Positions 55,401 to 64,000 of a stretch of DNA of 64,000 nt are shown piece by piece. The stretch lies in assembly GCA_000091205.1 (NCBI GenBank), contig AP006502.2; one strand, 5' to 3'. How positions within the stretch are numbered: the stretch's first letter is position 1; each line of letters opens with the position of its first letter. A program made the position numbers and the translations under genes. The notes beneath the pieces are model-generated. The model searched no databases. It saw only the letters and a list, made by a program, of their open reading frames with translations, and had not been told where the DNA came from. This DNA is from Cyanidioschyzon merolae. Its lineage: Eukaryota.

Positions 55401-58046
55401 AGTCTCCTAGCTCGGATCGACAGAGCCGAGCAAACGGAACGCAACCAGTTGCGTCTGGTATCATGTAGTCGACGCATCGCGGAGCCAGTTATAGGGGCGA
55501 GTATTCGGCAACTCGTGCGGGTGCCTTTGCGCTCAGCACCTGCGCTGCATCCAGTGGCCACGCTGGAGCGCCTTGTTGACCGAGCGTTAGCGCAGGCGTT
55601 GCCGTTTACGCTGGTGGTGCATCGCGCGATCGCACCGGTGCCGCAGCTCGTAAGCAAGGCAGCTTTTCGTTACCAGAGACGAACAGCTTGTGGGACCACA
55701 TCACCGCCTCTAGCGTATTTGTTCGGTTTGTGGCGACCGTTGGCGATTCGTCAGCAACTGCGCTTCCCGGATGCGCGGCTGCTGCAGTGGGACTGCGGGA
55801 AACTCCAGCGCCTTGCTGTCCTGTTGAGAGAACTGGAACAAAAAGGGCATCGAGTGCTCATATTTACTCAAATGGTACGAATGCTCGATATTCTTGAACA
55901 ATTTCTCTGCCTGCATCGCTTTGCCTACATTCGCATGGACGGGAGCACGCCCACGGGTTTGCGTCTACGCCTCTGTGAGCGTTTCAACAACGATCGGCGC
56001 TATCTGGTGTTTCTCTCCACTACGCGTAGCGGAGGTGTCGGCTTGAACCTCACCGGTGCCGATACGGTGCTCTTCTACGACTCGGACTGGAACCCCACGG
56101 TTGATGCGCAGGCCCAAGACCGCTGTCATCGCATCGGACAGGATCGGCCGGTGCGAATCTACCGGCTCGTGACGGAAGGCACCGTGGAGGCTCCGATACT
56201 TCGTCGAGCGCTGCAGAAGCAACGCCTGGAACAACTGGTACTCGCGGATGGTCTCTTCACGACCGAGGTATTGCAGCGGGTCCATCCACTGGAACTGATC
56301 GAGGGAGGTCCGGCGCCGCCTCCTGTGCACCCGAATCCATACGGAGGACTGGAGGCGTGCGGCCTCACCGAGCAGGAGTACATACAGCTAGAGCGCACGA
56401 TACTCGAGGCTGAGGACGACGAGGAGCGACGGATGCGCCAGGCCATGGAGTTGGCAGCGTCTGCTGACGCCAGTCTGGATGCAGTGGACTTTGCCGAAAC
56501 GCCCGCCATGGCCGCTACTCGTACGGACAAGCCCGCTGGGGACACTTCGACCTGGTGGCCTGTTTGGCACACTGCGTGGCGAATCGCGCAGCATCTCGGA
56601 GGACCTGTGGCAGCAGCAGCAGCAGTAGCATGGGATACAAGGCAGGCACCGGAACGTGTTGCCAACACGAACGACTCCAACCTCGACGAAGGTGCTGCAA
56701 ACACATCTTTGAATGATGAAGCCGATCAGAACAGTGCAGCGCTACCTTTGGTGTATCCACCTGTTCCGGATCCGAACAGTTCGGGAACAAAAAACGGATC
56801 CGGGGGTCTCGACTGGCGGCGTACGACTCGCGCGTACCATAGCGAGAAGCGTAGCGGCGACACGGCGGCGGCGCTGGTGATGGTGTACGGGCCGCCCGTC
56901 GAGACCCCCGTTGATTTGATCCTCGACCCCGAGGCTGGCACCGAAGACGCGGCGTTTTTTATTCACTGCTATTGGCGAATGGCGCATTCTGGAGCCCCAA
57001 CTGCGCTCCAGCGCGGACGAGTAAGTGACGTGCAGCAAATCGCTTCGCATCTGCGCAACGACGACGCATTTGTCGATTCATTGACTGCTGGCTTGGGGGC
57101 AGCAGCAGCAACAACAACAACAACAACAACTACGACTACTACACGAGTACCTGTTGCAGAAGCGCGTAACGCTGTCGATCGCATTCGGGCCCCCGAGGCG
57201 ACTGCGACTGCCAAATCCGGAGCTCGTGCCGACTCGAGTACCATGCGGACATTGCCGCTAGGCCCAACACGCCAGGTCTATGTGAACCTACAGGCCTGGT
57301 TACGTCATCGAGTGCAGTGGTCGTTCCAGGAAGATGCCGCGCTGCTCCAGGCGTGGCAGCGCTACGGCTCCAATCCTCGACTGTTGGGGGATATCCTCCA
57401 TGCGCAAGCAAGCGTCCGTCTTGGTCTATTGCACCGTCGTACGGTCAGAGAGATTGAGGAGCGGCTGCAGCTCTTGCTTGCGAAGAAGATTACAGAACCG
57501 AGTGCCTTAGCGCAGTGGCATGAGGCCGTCTCGCAGACGCGAGCGACCTCGATGCGAAAACACCATCGTCGCTCGATTCAGCTGGCCCAGCGTCGCGTGC
57601 TGGGCATGCGAGCTCGCTTGGACACCAAGCGAGTGCTCCGAACGTCACGCGGGGACGCTGGAAACAACGCTTTTCTGGACCCGGACAGGGCACGCGAGGC
57701 ATCCCCGCGAACGGTGACAGCAGACCGCGCAGCAGCGAAACGCGACGCTCTTCCAAAGCGTACGCAAACAAACGAGGGAGCCCGAACCCCCGCTGATGCT
57801 GTTCCTGGAGCGGTGGCACCAGCTCCTGCCCAAGTCATGGATCCGCGAGTGTTGGTTCCACCGCCGGGCACCAGCGGCTGCGGCACTGCAGAGGCAACGG
57901 CCGCTGGGAGCCTTGTCCATCGCCCGGGGGTGAAACTCGAAGAGGAACTTCGTCGGAGGCGTCCTTTTCGTCGCTACATTGCCAGACTGGGTCCGCTGCT
58001 TGGTTTCGAGTTGCGAACCTCGAATCGGGGCCTCGACAACGACTAA
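52500..58046 (+). CDS. SWR1: SWR1/SRCAP-type SNF2 chromatin-remodelling ATPase (HSA domain plus split ATPase with a long insertion).
   Basis: The track ORF starts on GTG at 52491. The ATG is at 52500. HSA-like THHDYLCEAMIWLATDYRERFKWHAAFRARLARAIHRFHEE. Motif I LADDMGLGKTIQTI, DEAQ box LVLDEAQHIKN, and LLLTGTPLQNSL. About 250 aa are inserted before the helicase-C lobe (LIFTQMVRMLDILE...DSDWNPTVDAQAQDRCHRIGQ). (GCA)n/(ACA)n encodes an A/T-rich tract. Confidence 0.8.
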   Translation: MNTSPRLRGQRRSDYAAYAGRRRQPASSLSCAVGAELKAAAHAEPVSPGNEIPRTTGEGERTGTAVQGPTTSRIDALLTKQALSDELLMSKLSDRLRELARRAAASRDEHLRQAQLLQTRAEREQKRKLVRSHGDVRPLKRDAAGSSVLHTTAPRGTGEQASPPRSTFRDAGSMDWKSSAEEPARLTLDEQVLQHLTKGHESGGTSTSAALEKRCQASIEALDTTVLGFSDADAASQRLAEDRILREATEIQQRNLELAKARLPKQPEPPRSKTHHDYLCEAMIWLATDYRERFKWHAAFRARLARAIHRFHEERKQRDARDSQAREVARIRRARLLSRHVQKFWESLFHMMIWEQQAQDERLAKRKRQRALDSLVHQTEDYVKVLAEELATCDSEQMVVDGEPYSTAELATGRESDRASQTQLPEITADTAANGTIRESDTQSLMPRATNEVHLSTSRARRPLPGCLMSSADASVDDVGTGGYGTQRQIGSMPGTADSVYSSAQRLGDASPEDRGDGDGGTALLPTKPEVAANMSERLPNTSLGAAAAPDVEEHSGNATQTSCAALSTKEALERPASFRSVDDALRILFRGRLRPYQHAGLQWLIALNEKGLNGMLADDMGLGKTIQTIALLAWLATAKQDWGPHLIVVPTSVVMNWNIEFKKFAPGLKVLCYFGTPTERAAKRRGWTKPNAFHVCVTSYHMVVQDATVFRRQQWSYLVLDEAQHIKNFQSQKWQTLLTFHSRHRLLLTGTPLQNSLIELWSLLHFLMPNVFQSHSEFREWFQEPIETLIQADASVQESMVERLHRVIRPFVLRRLKRDVERELPPKTEEIVWCSLSKRQRELYDDFMSRAATREKLLSGNYLSVMNVLIQLRKVCNHPDLFAGRPIDEPYASQRPLTIFIPHIIRAEAASETAQRRAPRLVDESMSREDAARIRALTAAARMLAETSACPTTCSDSQAISRASFASLLARIDRAEQTERNQLRLVSCSRRIAEPVIGASIRQLVRVPLRSAPALHPVATLERLVDRALAQALPFTLVVHRAIAPVPQLVSKAAFRYQRRTACGTTSPPLAYLFGLWRPLAIRQQLRFPDARLLQWDCGKLQRLAVLLRELEQKGHRVLIFTQMVRMLDILEQFLCLHRFAYIRMDGSTPTGLRLRLCERFNNDRRYLVFLSTTRSGGVGLNLTGADTVLFYDSDWNPTVDAQAQDRCHRIGQDRPVRIYRLVTEGTVEAPILRRALQKQRLEQLVLADGLFTTEVLQRVHPLELIEGGPAPPPVHPNPYGGLEACGLTEQEYIQLERTILEAEDDEERRMRQAMELAASADASLDAVDFAETPAMAATRTDKPAGDTSTWWPVWHTAWRIAQHLGGPVAAAAAVAWDTRQAPERVANTNDSNLDEGAANTSLNDEADQNSAALPLVYPPVPDPNSSGTKNGSGGLDWRRTTRAYHSEKRSGDTAAALVMVYGPPVETPVDLILDPEAGTEDAAFFIHCYWRMAHSGAPTALQRGRVSDVQQIASHLRNDDAFVDSLTAGLGAAAATTTTTTTTTTTRVPVAEARNAVDRIRAPEATATAKSGARADSSTMRTLPLGPTRQVYVNLQAWLRHRVQWSFQEDAALLQAWQRYGSNPRLLGDILHAQASVRLGLLHRRTVREIEERLQLLLAKKITEPSALAQWHEAVSQTRATSMRKHHRRSIQLAQRRVLGMRARLDTKRVLRTSRGDAGNNAFLDPDRAREASPRTVTADRAAAKRDALPKRTQTNEGARTPADAVPGAVAPAPAQVMDPRVLVPPPGTSGCGTAEATAAGSLVHRPGVKLEEELRRRRPFRRYIARLGPLLGFELRTSNRGLDND
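57100..57140. repeat. (GCA)4(ACA)7 microsatellite encoding AAAATTTTTTTTTTT inside SWR1.
   Basis: Seen directly. Confidence 0.85.
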
Positions 58047-58799
58047 GGTTCTAAATCGCGATGTGTGCAGGTTCTAAGGTGCGTTTCGTTCACGAACGAG
58101 CTCCAGGGAAGCGCAGCTCGGGCATGTAATGGTATTGATGTTAGGTGCGGTGGCGTGGGGTTGCATAGCGACCCGCGCTGCTGACGTCATTGCCGGCTGC
58201 TGGACGGGATGTTGTGGCGCATGCCCCTGAAGCCTTCGCAATGCCTTTCGGTCGTGAAGACGCTGGTCTAGTTTCTCGGGTTCATCTGGGGAGGACAGAG
58301 CGCCTGAATCCCTGGAAACCGGACGTTGAGCATGTGCTCATCGTGGGTGTTGCGGCTATCGGCTGCATGGAGACAGGAAGTGCGGTCGCGGTCGTGTAAT
58401 GTATCGCTGCGAGAACACGTTAGAACACGTGCTGTTTTACCGCGAACAAGCTGCAGTCTCCGTGTTCCGCCGATTATGGATGTTGGTATGGAACCTTGGT
58501 ATCTAGAGTGCGCCCCCGAGTCCCTGTAAGCGGAGGTTTCCGCGGAGGATCGCTAGACCCACGTCAGAATAGAATGGAACAAGTACATGAACACTGGCGT
58601 TCTTGCCAATGTTCTGCATACTCTTCCCACGTTTATCAACAGAAGCATTTGTGGCATTTATCTGCGACTGCTTCCTCGTACTTTCTTTGATCGCCGGCAG
58701 CAAATACGCCGTGTTCTGCTTTCTCTCACGCTTCATTGTCAGCAATTGGAGGGTGTTCATAGCGGCACTGAAGTCCCGGTAACGCTTTTGCGGGCTGAT

Positions 58800-59700
58800 T
58801 TCGACAACATCCATGTAGGCGAGGTTGTAGCGATCTCCGTATCGCTTGCCATTTTCATCTTCCTGCTAGATAACATCGACGCGCAATGCGTAGCGGTGAC
58901 ACGGGCATGTAAGGCCGGTATTCCCGAGTATCCACCACATATTCACCTCCGAAGGCCGGGCAATGACGCTTCAAGACTTGCCTCATTGTTCGGTGCGTGC
59001 GCCGAACGAGTGCAGAAGGCTTCCGCCGATGCCCTCTCGAGTTCGCATGGCGAGTGCAGTACCGCAGGATCACGGGCTTGTCATGGTCGATGCCCTGGAC
59101 AAATTCACCGTCTGCTGCGAGCGCTCCCGTACTCTGTTCCATTCGATCAAGAATCAGTGGAACGCGATGCTGTCCATGGTAGACCAGGTACAGGGAGAAA
59201 ACTCCAGACTAACGAACAAGCCGCGATCATTCGTTCTCTTAACACTCCTCTCCTGCAAATCGATGGTACTCCTCCCAGTGCGTTACGATCGCTGCGATGA
59301 CTCAGGTCCGAGCACGAGACTCTTTTCCATGGAAACCGAAGCAAGGGGAGCCTCTCGGAACACATCCCGTCACAGGTATCATGCTGCTGTGCAAAAGTCG
59401 TTTCATCGATCACCGTAAAACGATTCGGACTTGTGATTCGATTGCATTCGATGATTTGACGTGAAAAGTTGCGTGCACTTTCAGCGTGCGCACGTATGAA
59501 CTTGTCGTCAAAACACGAAATCGAGTTTTCGTTTCCGCGTCAGTCCAGCTGCGCGAATTGCCTCGCCAACGAGCTCAAACATAAAAATAGTCGAAATCTT
59601 GAAGAATGCATGATTGGAGGAGGCTGCATTTTGGGAAACGTAACGAGAGGACCCTTGTTCGTATGATCAGAATTATGATGTCGTCTATTTTACGAACGCT
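58800..59700 (+). mobile_element. Degenerate Fanzor/TnpB-like element, copy C. The longest coding remnant: possible RuvC-I-like, RuvC-II/helper-like, decayed ZnF/RuvC-III.
   Basis: 58587-59300 (+) contains GEVVAISVSLAIFIF (compare the Fanzor/TnpB RuvC-I block vvsIDPGvrtF). 58963-59418 (+): AVPQDHGLVMVDALDKFTV...TLFHSIKNQWNAMLSMVDQV (compare the TnpB RuvC-II ...vvIEdLnvk... and NRSIsDAgWg.f...L.YKA). Then RCDDSG...RHRYHAAVQKS (compare CxxC...FNAAINI). Reverse-strand parallel ORFs 374-583 and 58855-59142 both begin MEQS.... Confidence 0.45.
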
Positions 59701-59753
59701 CGATCTGCTTGTATCCAGGTGATGTCCATCGATACGCCTTGCTTGTCCGATCG

Positions 59754-61148
59754 CTATAACCGACGAGCATCCTCGAAAATTGCCTTGAACATATAGGCTC
59801 GGCTCAGAAGCGTGCTGAGATCCTGTTCTGTCCACGATCGGGTCGGCAGATTCTGAAGAAAGAGTACGAGATCGGGGAATGTCAGGCGCACAAGATCCAA
59901 CGAAAAACGCTCCAAAAGTGCAGCGCATACATACACGTGGAACGCGGCAAATGTGCCGCGTTCACTCAGATACGCATCCCAGAGTCGAAGGGTAATCGGA
60001 AGCGGAAACTCGCGAACCAAGAGACAATTCATCCAACGGAATGCAAACTGCATAAAGGTTACCTGCTCTTTGGCTAAGTGCGCACACAGTGAAGCATCAA
60101 TGCGTTGCATGATGCGTTCGAGTAGCGCCACTCGACGCTGAATACCAGGTTGCCCGAATACATACTGATCTTGCAGTGCTTCGAGAAGTGTGCTCAAGCA
60201 CCAGTAGGTATCCGCTTCAACCTCGCGCAGCAGCGGCTCCGCATCTTCCGGAAGCGTGGTGCGATCGAGTTGGCTAAACTCTGGAGCCTGGTCCGCGTAA
60301 AAGACGTACAACAGTGGTACCAGGATGTCATTGAGGCCTTGTACATAACCGGCGGCGGGATGTCGCACGGACCACAAGTGTAGGATCCGCGTCATTGCCT
60401 GTTGTACGGCTCCGGTGTGGAAGAGCGGAAATTCGGGTGCGGTACGCGGCACGTCGAGGTCGATCTGACGCTTACGAGCCCAGTCTTCTGAGGACAGGCG
60501 ATTACCGAGTCTGGGATCAGTGACTAGCCCGAGTTCAGCAACTGCTTGCCAGTACTGGTCGCGTTTGCGGCTGACGCTCCGGAGAAGACGCGAAGGTTGC
60601 GGCGGGCAGTAGTCCAGCAGCACCTTCCACGCAAGGGCCCGTTGCGCACCAGGCACGCCGCTCCAGGCAAGTTGTTCGAGGAGCCCGCGATCGACAGCGC
60701 TGATCCTGCTCAGTTCTGCAGCATCTCCTCGTCTCCAGGCCTGGCGAATCGCGTCCAGTTGTGTCCAGAGTGTGGTGGAGGCCTTCGAACCCACGCCCTC
60801 AGCGTCTTCGGTTTCCAGCGCGACTGCTGGCGCTGTTGCTGGCTTTGTCACAAGTGCTGCGCTGCCCCTTTTCAAACCAGCGTCTGTGGAAGCTTCTCGT
60901 TTGTTTTCGGCGAGCAACGGACCCTGGCACAAGGCCTGAACCGCCGTGCCGACTCGCGAACAGTGCGTTGTCGGCGCAGCGTCCGCTGAGGTTGCAGTCG
61001 TGTTATGAGGTGCGCTATCAGCGGTGATACCGCCTTGTTGCGCTTCCCATTCGCTGAACTGTGGTACGAGCTCACCTAAGCAGTCACCTGGTGCCCCAGA
61101 GAGCGAGCGAATAGACCACCAAACCGTGTTCAGCGCTCTCGAGTCCAT
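59754..61148 (-). CDS. TBC-domain Rab GTPase-activating protein (Gyp1/TBC1D22-like).
   Basis: The track start is GTG at 61199. The first ATG is at 61146-61148. Arg-finger block RKRQIDLDVPRTAPEF and Gln-finger block YVQGLNDILVPLLYVF are present, along with the TBC helices LDLVRLTFPDLVLFLQNLP. Confidence 0.7.
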   Translation of the reverse strand: MDSRALNTVWWSIRSLSGAPGDCLGELVPQFSEWEAQQGGITADSAPHNTTATSADAAPTTHCSRVGTAVQALCQGPLLAENKREASTDAGLKRGSAALVTKPATAPAVALETEDAEGVGSKASTTLWTQLDAIRQAWRRGDAAELSRISAVDRGLLEQLAWSGVPGAQRALAWKVLLDYCPPQPSRLLRSVSRKRDQYWQAVAELGLVTDPRLGNRLSSEDWARKRQIDLDVPRTAPEFPLFHTGAVQQAMTRILHLWSVRHPAAGYVQGLNDILVPLLYVFYADQAPEFSQLDRTTLPEDAEPLLREVEADTYWCLSTLLEALQDQYVFGQPGIQRRVALLERIMQRIDASLCAHLAKEQVTFMQFAFRWMNCLLVREFPLPITLRLWDAYLSERGTFAAFHVYVCAALLERFSLDLVRLTFPDLVLFLQNLPTRSWTEQDLSTLLSRAYMFKAIFEDARRL

Positions 61149-61486
61149 GCAGTTCGCGGCTGCTCCAGCGTATGTGTCCAAGTTGTCGCTCAGTACCACG
61201 CAGATAACTATGGTATTCGTAACTGTGGCAGCTGCGTCATCGGACGCCTGTCACGCTCTCGTTCAGGTCAGTGGGCAAACAACACCCATATCGAGACCGC
61301 AGCTCTATGCCACGTCCTGGACTAGGGAGAACGCTTCCAGGCTTTGCCTCGGAGCGACGATCGCTGCTGGCGTATGTGTCATTGGCATTGACTTTCTCTA
61401 GGCTTCTGTCGTTGCCGTTGTCGTCGAACAGAGACGATCGTGACCCGCTTATAAGGTGCTCCTGCAACTTTGCGGAAGCTTTCGGC

Positions 61487-61756
61487 ATGCAAGGGAGAAA
61501 ATGTGTGATTAAGTCTGTGGATATGCCAGAAGATCGGCAGCAGTTTGCCGTAGAGACTGCGACAAAGGCCATCGAGAACTATCAGGTGGAGAAGGACGTG
61601 GCGGCAGCTATAAAGAAAGAGTTTGACGCCAAGTACGGACCTACCTGGCACTGTATCGTCGGACGAAACTTTGGCTCGTACGTCACGCATGAAACCGGGT
61701 GTTTCATATACTTTTACCTGGACCAAATCGCGGTGCTTCTTTTCAAGTCCGGGTAG
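61487..61756 (+). CDS. DYNLL1: Dynein light chain LC8.
   Basis: ATG at 61487. The 89-aa product [89 protein letters not shown] is near-identical in pattern to canonical LC8. Confidence 0.85.
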   Translation: MQGRKCVIKSVDMPEDRQQFAVETATKAIENYQVEKDVAAAIKKEFDAKYGPTWHCIVGRNFGSYVTHETGCFIYFYLDQIAVLLFKSG

Positions 61757-62849
61757 TGACGGGAGGGCGCGAGACGTTTGCCCGGGTCGAGCACTTGAAA
61801 GGATAACCCGCTGGTAAACGCTTTTATCAGTGCAAGCCAAACTGTTGCTACATCGTAGGTTCACTCGTAGTTTTTGCAGGGGAAGCGCCAGAAAAATGCC
61901 GATGGGGCAGCTGTAAGGCGCACAAGCACGCTTTTTTTTTGGCGGGAGCGGAGCACTTGACACGATGCAGCTACTGCTGCCGCAGTCTGCCGCAGTCAGC
62001 AACATATCGAAAAAAAGCATGGCGTTGTGCTCTGCCAACCAGGCGTAAGCAGTGTCGGAGAAGGCGCGAAGCGAACAGCGCCTCATCATCCTGGGCTGTA
62101 CACTGAAAGTCGAATAAACACGAGGCTGCTGCGAAGCAGCCTGTATCCCATTTAGGCCAGTATCGTGCGCTTCCCGCATGTTGCGTTTTCGATGCCCAGC
62201 TGCGCTCATCGCTGTCGACTTTCTCGGGAGAAAGGCATACGGTTCGTGTTTCAAAGTGGAGTTTCGATACCGAACGCGGCTCTACGGTCGTCGCCTGAAC
62301 CTAGCTCTAATGTTCCACGTCCTTGTGACGTACACATCGGATAGTCTCGTGGCGATACGCTGTCGCTTGATACACGTCCGTTGACGAAACGGATTCCAGG
62401 AATGCGACGTTTTCAACGCTCCGTGTATTCGTTTCGCATACGCTGTCCGTTACTTCACACCATCCATCTTTTGACAAAGCATGTCGCCAATGCGCGTCAA
62501 CGGAAGGCGGTCGCTTCTACCAGCTTGCTGGGCCATGGTTCAAAGCTTTTGCCTCAAATTGTGTTGGGGTGTTTTCGGCTATCGAGGTTCGATTTAGCGA
62601 ACCAGAAGCTACGGAATGTGCGCACACTGACGCCATCAATGACCAGCGGACAGGCATCTGCTCCTTTGCTGACGCTACGAGGGTCTGCGATCACCAGTTT
62701 CGTACTCCGCTGAGCAGAGGGAGCTTGAGCGAGCGACACGCGTGCAGAGAACCCAAGCCACGGCCCTGCTCATACCTACCTGGACAGCCGCGATATCGAA
62801 GCGTCAGCGTTTACGTAGCGCCCCTGACCTGGAGGGCCCAGATCCATCC

Positions 62850-63620
62850 TCACGGGGGGTCTGCTGCGTCCCTCAATGAACCCCAGTGATGCACCTTGTT
62901 TCCAGTGTCATACAAATGATGAGCGCATCCAGCAGGTCCTGGCTCGATTCGCCAGCAGAAGTTTGCCTCCTTCATGGCCGGATACAGCGGTGGGCAGCGG
63001 TGCCCACTACGCCGCCAACCGTCCCGCCATGGACTCGATGGTATCGAGAACGTTTCCAGCTCCGAAATCTGGAGTGCTTGTGCAAGCGCTCCCGACACCA
63101 CCCCTGGTCGGAACGTACAACCGCGGAGTGGATCGAACTCATCCAAAGGAACGTACACGTCACCGAGACCACGTAGGCGACTCCAGAGACGCCACTCTTC
63201 GGTCAGAGATTCTGATAAAGGCGTTTGCGGTTCTTGCAAGCATTCCATCAATCGCTCATATGCGTCTCGAACAAAAGCGAGTGCTCCACTCGGTAAGCCT
63301 CGTTTATTCTCTAGGTACCTTCGCTTCGCTCGCCAGTGTGCAGGAACTGGTACAGTACCCTGTTCGCTCTTGATGCTCACCAGTGCGAAGGGCTCGGGAG
63401 CGCTGCAGTCCCAGGGCTCCACCACAAACGGGTACGGAACGTGTAGCTTGAGATCGATGACCCGCGGGCGGCAGGCTCGACGCAGTCGCCGACTGGCTCT
63501 CCCAGGGAGTGGTGGTGCGCTCGATCCAGCCTGGTGCTGCGTTGAAGGTTGCTCACGGAACCTTTCTTCTTGCTTATCATAGTGCGGCAGATCTTTCGCC
63601 AGGTCTGAATCTTCCACCAT
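62850..63620 (-). CDS. SF3B2: Compact splicing factor 3B subunit 2 (SF3b145)-like protein with DUF382 and PSP regions, only 256 aa.
   Basis: ATG (cat at 63618-63620). LKLHVPYPFVVEPWD...TVPVPAHWRAKRRYLENKRG parallels SF3B2 DUF382 (LLVHLKAYRNTVPVPRHWCFKRKYLQGKRG). The downstream SSPW...CPPLYPAMK...GCAHHLYDTGN parallels the PSP PPPWL...GPPPSYPNLK...GCSFGYHAGG. Confidence 0.5.
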   Translation of the reverse strand: MVEDSDLAKDLPHYDKQEERFREQPSTQHQAGSSAPPLPGRASRRLRRACRPRVIDLKLHVPYPFVVEPWDCSAPEPFALVSIKSEQGTVPVPAHWRAKRRYLENKRGLPSGALAFVRDAYERLMECLQEPQTPLSESLTEEWRLWSRLRGLGDVYVPLDEFDPLRGCTFRPGVVSGALAQALQISELETFSIPSSPWRDGWRRSGHRCPPLYPAMKEANFCWRIEPGPAGCAHHLYDTGNKVHHWGSLRDAADPP

Positions 63621-64000
63621 TGCAAGTTCCGCAGACAGGGACGAAGCTGCTGCTGTCGGTGCTCGGGTTAACTTACGAGACGGCTTTGGCGTTTCTCCGA
63701 GAGGCTGGTATCACCTTCGCTTGCATTCAAGGGTGCATTGGAACTCACAAAATCCTTTTCTCGATACTTCCCCAAGTTGACAGCAGTGCTGACTGCCCAG
63801 AGCAACACGAGCAACAATAACGAAACAAGAACATGGCTTTTCGCTTGCTGCACCCGATAATCGCTCCGGGCATCCGCGGTCATTACACGTCCTTCGACAA
63901 CGCGTGCGTAGCGTTTACGAACCTTGCCTTCCGCTTTCTATTCGGTGCTGCAGAACGATCTGAGGACTTTTCACAGACTTTTTTGGACTAGACTTTTACT

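Noticed and set aside
61379-62254. 291-aa minus-strand ORF.
   Set aside because: It is antisense to the highly conserved LC8 gene and has no domain. Likely spurious in GC-rich DNA.
1-64000. Prokaryotic or organellar origin, or a kinetoplastid polycistronic unit.
   Set aside because: The encoded proteins are eukaryote-specific (eIF6, SWR1 with HSA, LC8, MAK16, DOHH, SF3B2, SM, TBC). Genes alternate strands at short range, unlike trypanosomatid directional clusters.
1-64000. tRNA, rRNA or snRNA genes.
   Set aside because: I saw no cloverleaf-type A/B-box or GTTCGAATC-type T-arm candidates, nor rRNA-like blocks. A tRNAscan or Infernal run would be needed to be sure.

Overview
This window reads as a GC-rich (~57%) eukaryotic nuclear segment from an intron-poor unicellular eukaryote (protist or basal fungus). 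The lineage cannot be assigned from sequence alone. Genes sit on both strands, which argues against a kinetoplastid polycistron. Several ORF-track starts use TTG/GTG, so I moved CDS starts to the first in-frame ATG where I checked (SWR1, BUD23, MAK16, TBC, the SM-fusion, the coiled-coil ORF, the polyQ ORF).

Housekeeping genes recognised by eye:
- ABHD11-like alpha/beta hydrolase
- mitochondrial ribosomal protein uS2m
- MFS transporter
- armadillo-repeat protein
- SMPD4-like neutral sphingomyelinase
- MAK16
- BUD23 / WBSCR22 rRNA methyltransferase
- deoxyhypusine hydroxylase (DOHH)
- DNA polymerase delta p12 (POLD4-like)
- eIF6
- SWR1/SRCAP-type SNF2 ATPase with an HSA domain
- Gyp1/TBC1D22-like Rab-GAP
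- dynein light chain LC8
- a compact SF3B2-like protein

The main finding is a previously unannotated dispersed repeat family of at least 10 decayed copies. Each copy carries the C-terminal half of a TnpB/Fanzor-like RuvC nuclease (a eukaryotic OMEGA-type, RNA-guided endonuclease remnant). Recognisable parts are a RuvC-II/helper-like stretch, a degenerate zinc-finger region and the RuvC-III motif RDFNAAINI. Each copy is followed by about 250 nt of conserved non-coding tail, which is where an omega-RNA scaffold would sit. Copies cluster in a gene-free island at 17.4-20.75 kb. Others lie at 0.36-1.2, 7.0-7.5, 24.56-25.83, 45.1-45.66 and 58.8-59.7 kb.

Other notable points:
- a single 1343-codon ORF fuses a signal-peptide/lectin-like ectodomain and a transmembrane helix to a complete Sec1/Munc18 (SM) domain
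- a 2.75-kb near-identical direct segmental duplication (36.72-39.47 and 49.35-52.11 kb) differs mainly by microsatellite length and carries a frameshifted gene copy plus the 3' end of the SM gene
- a 27-bp x ~8.5 minisatellite, a 60-bp tandem duplication and several coding microsatellites (polyQ, polyT, HT repeats)
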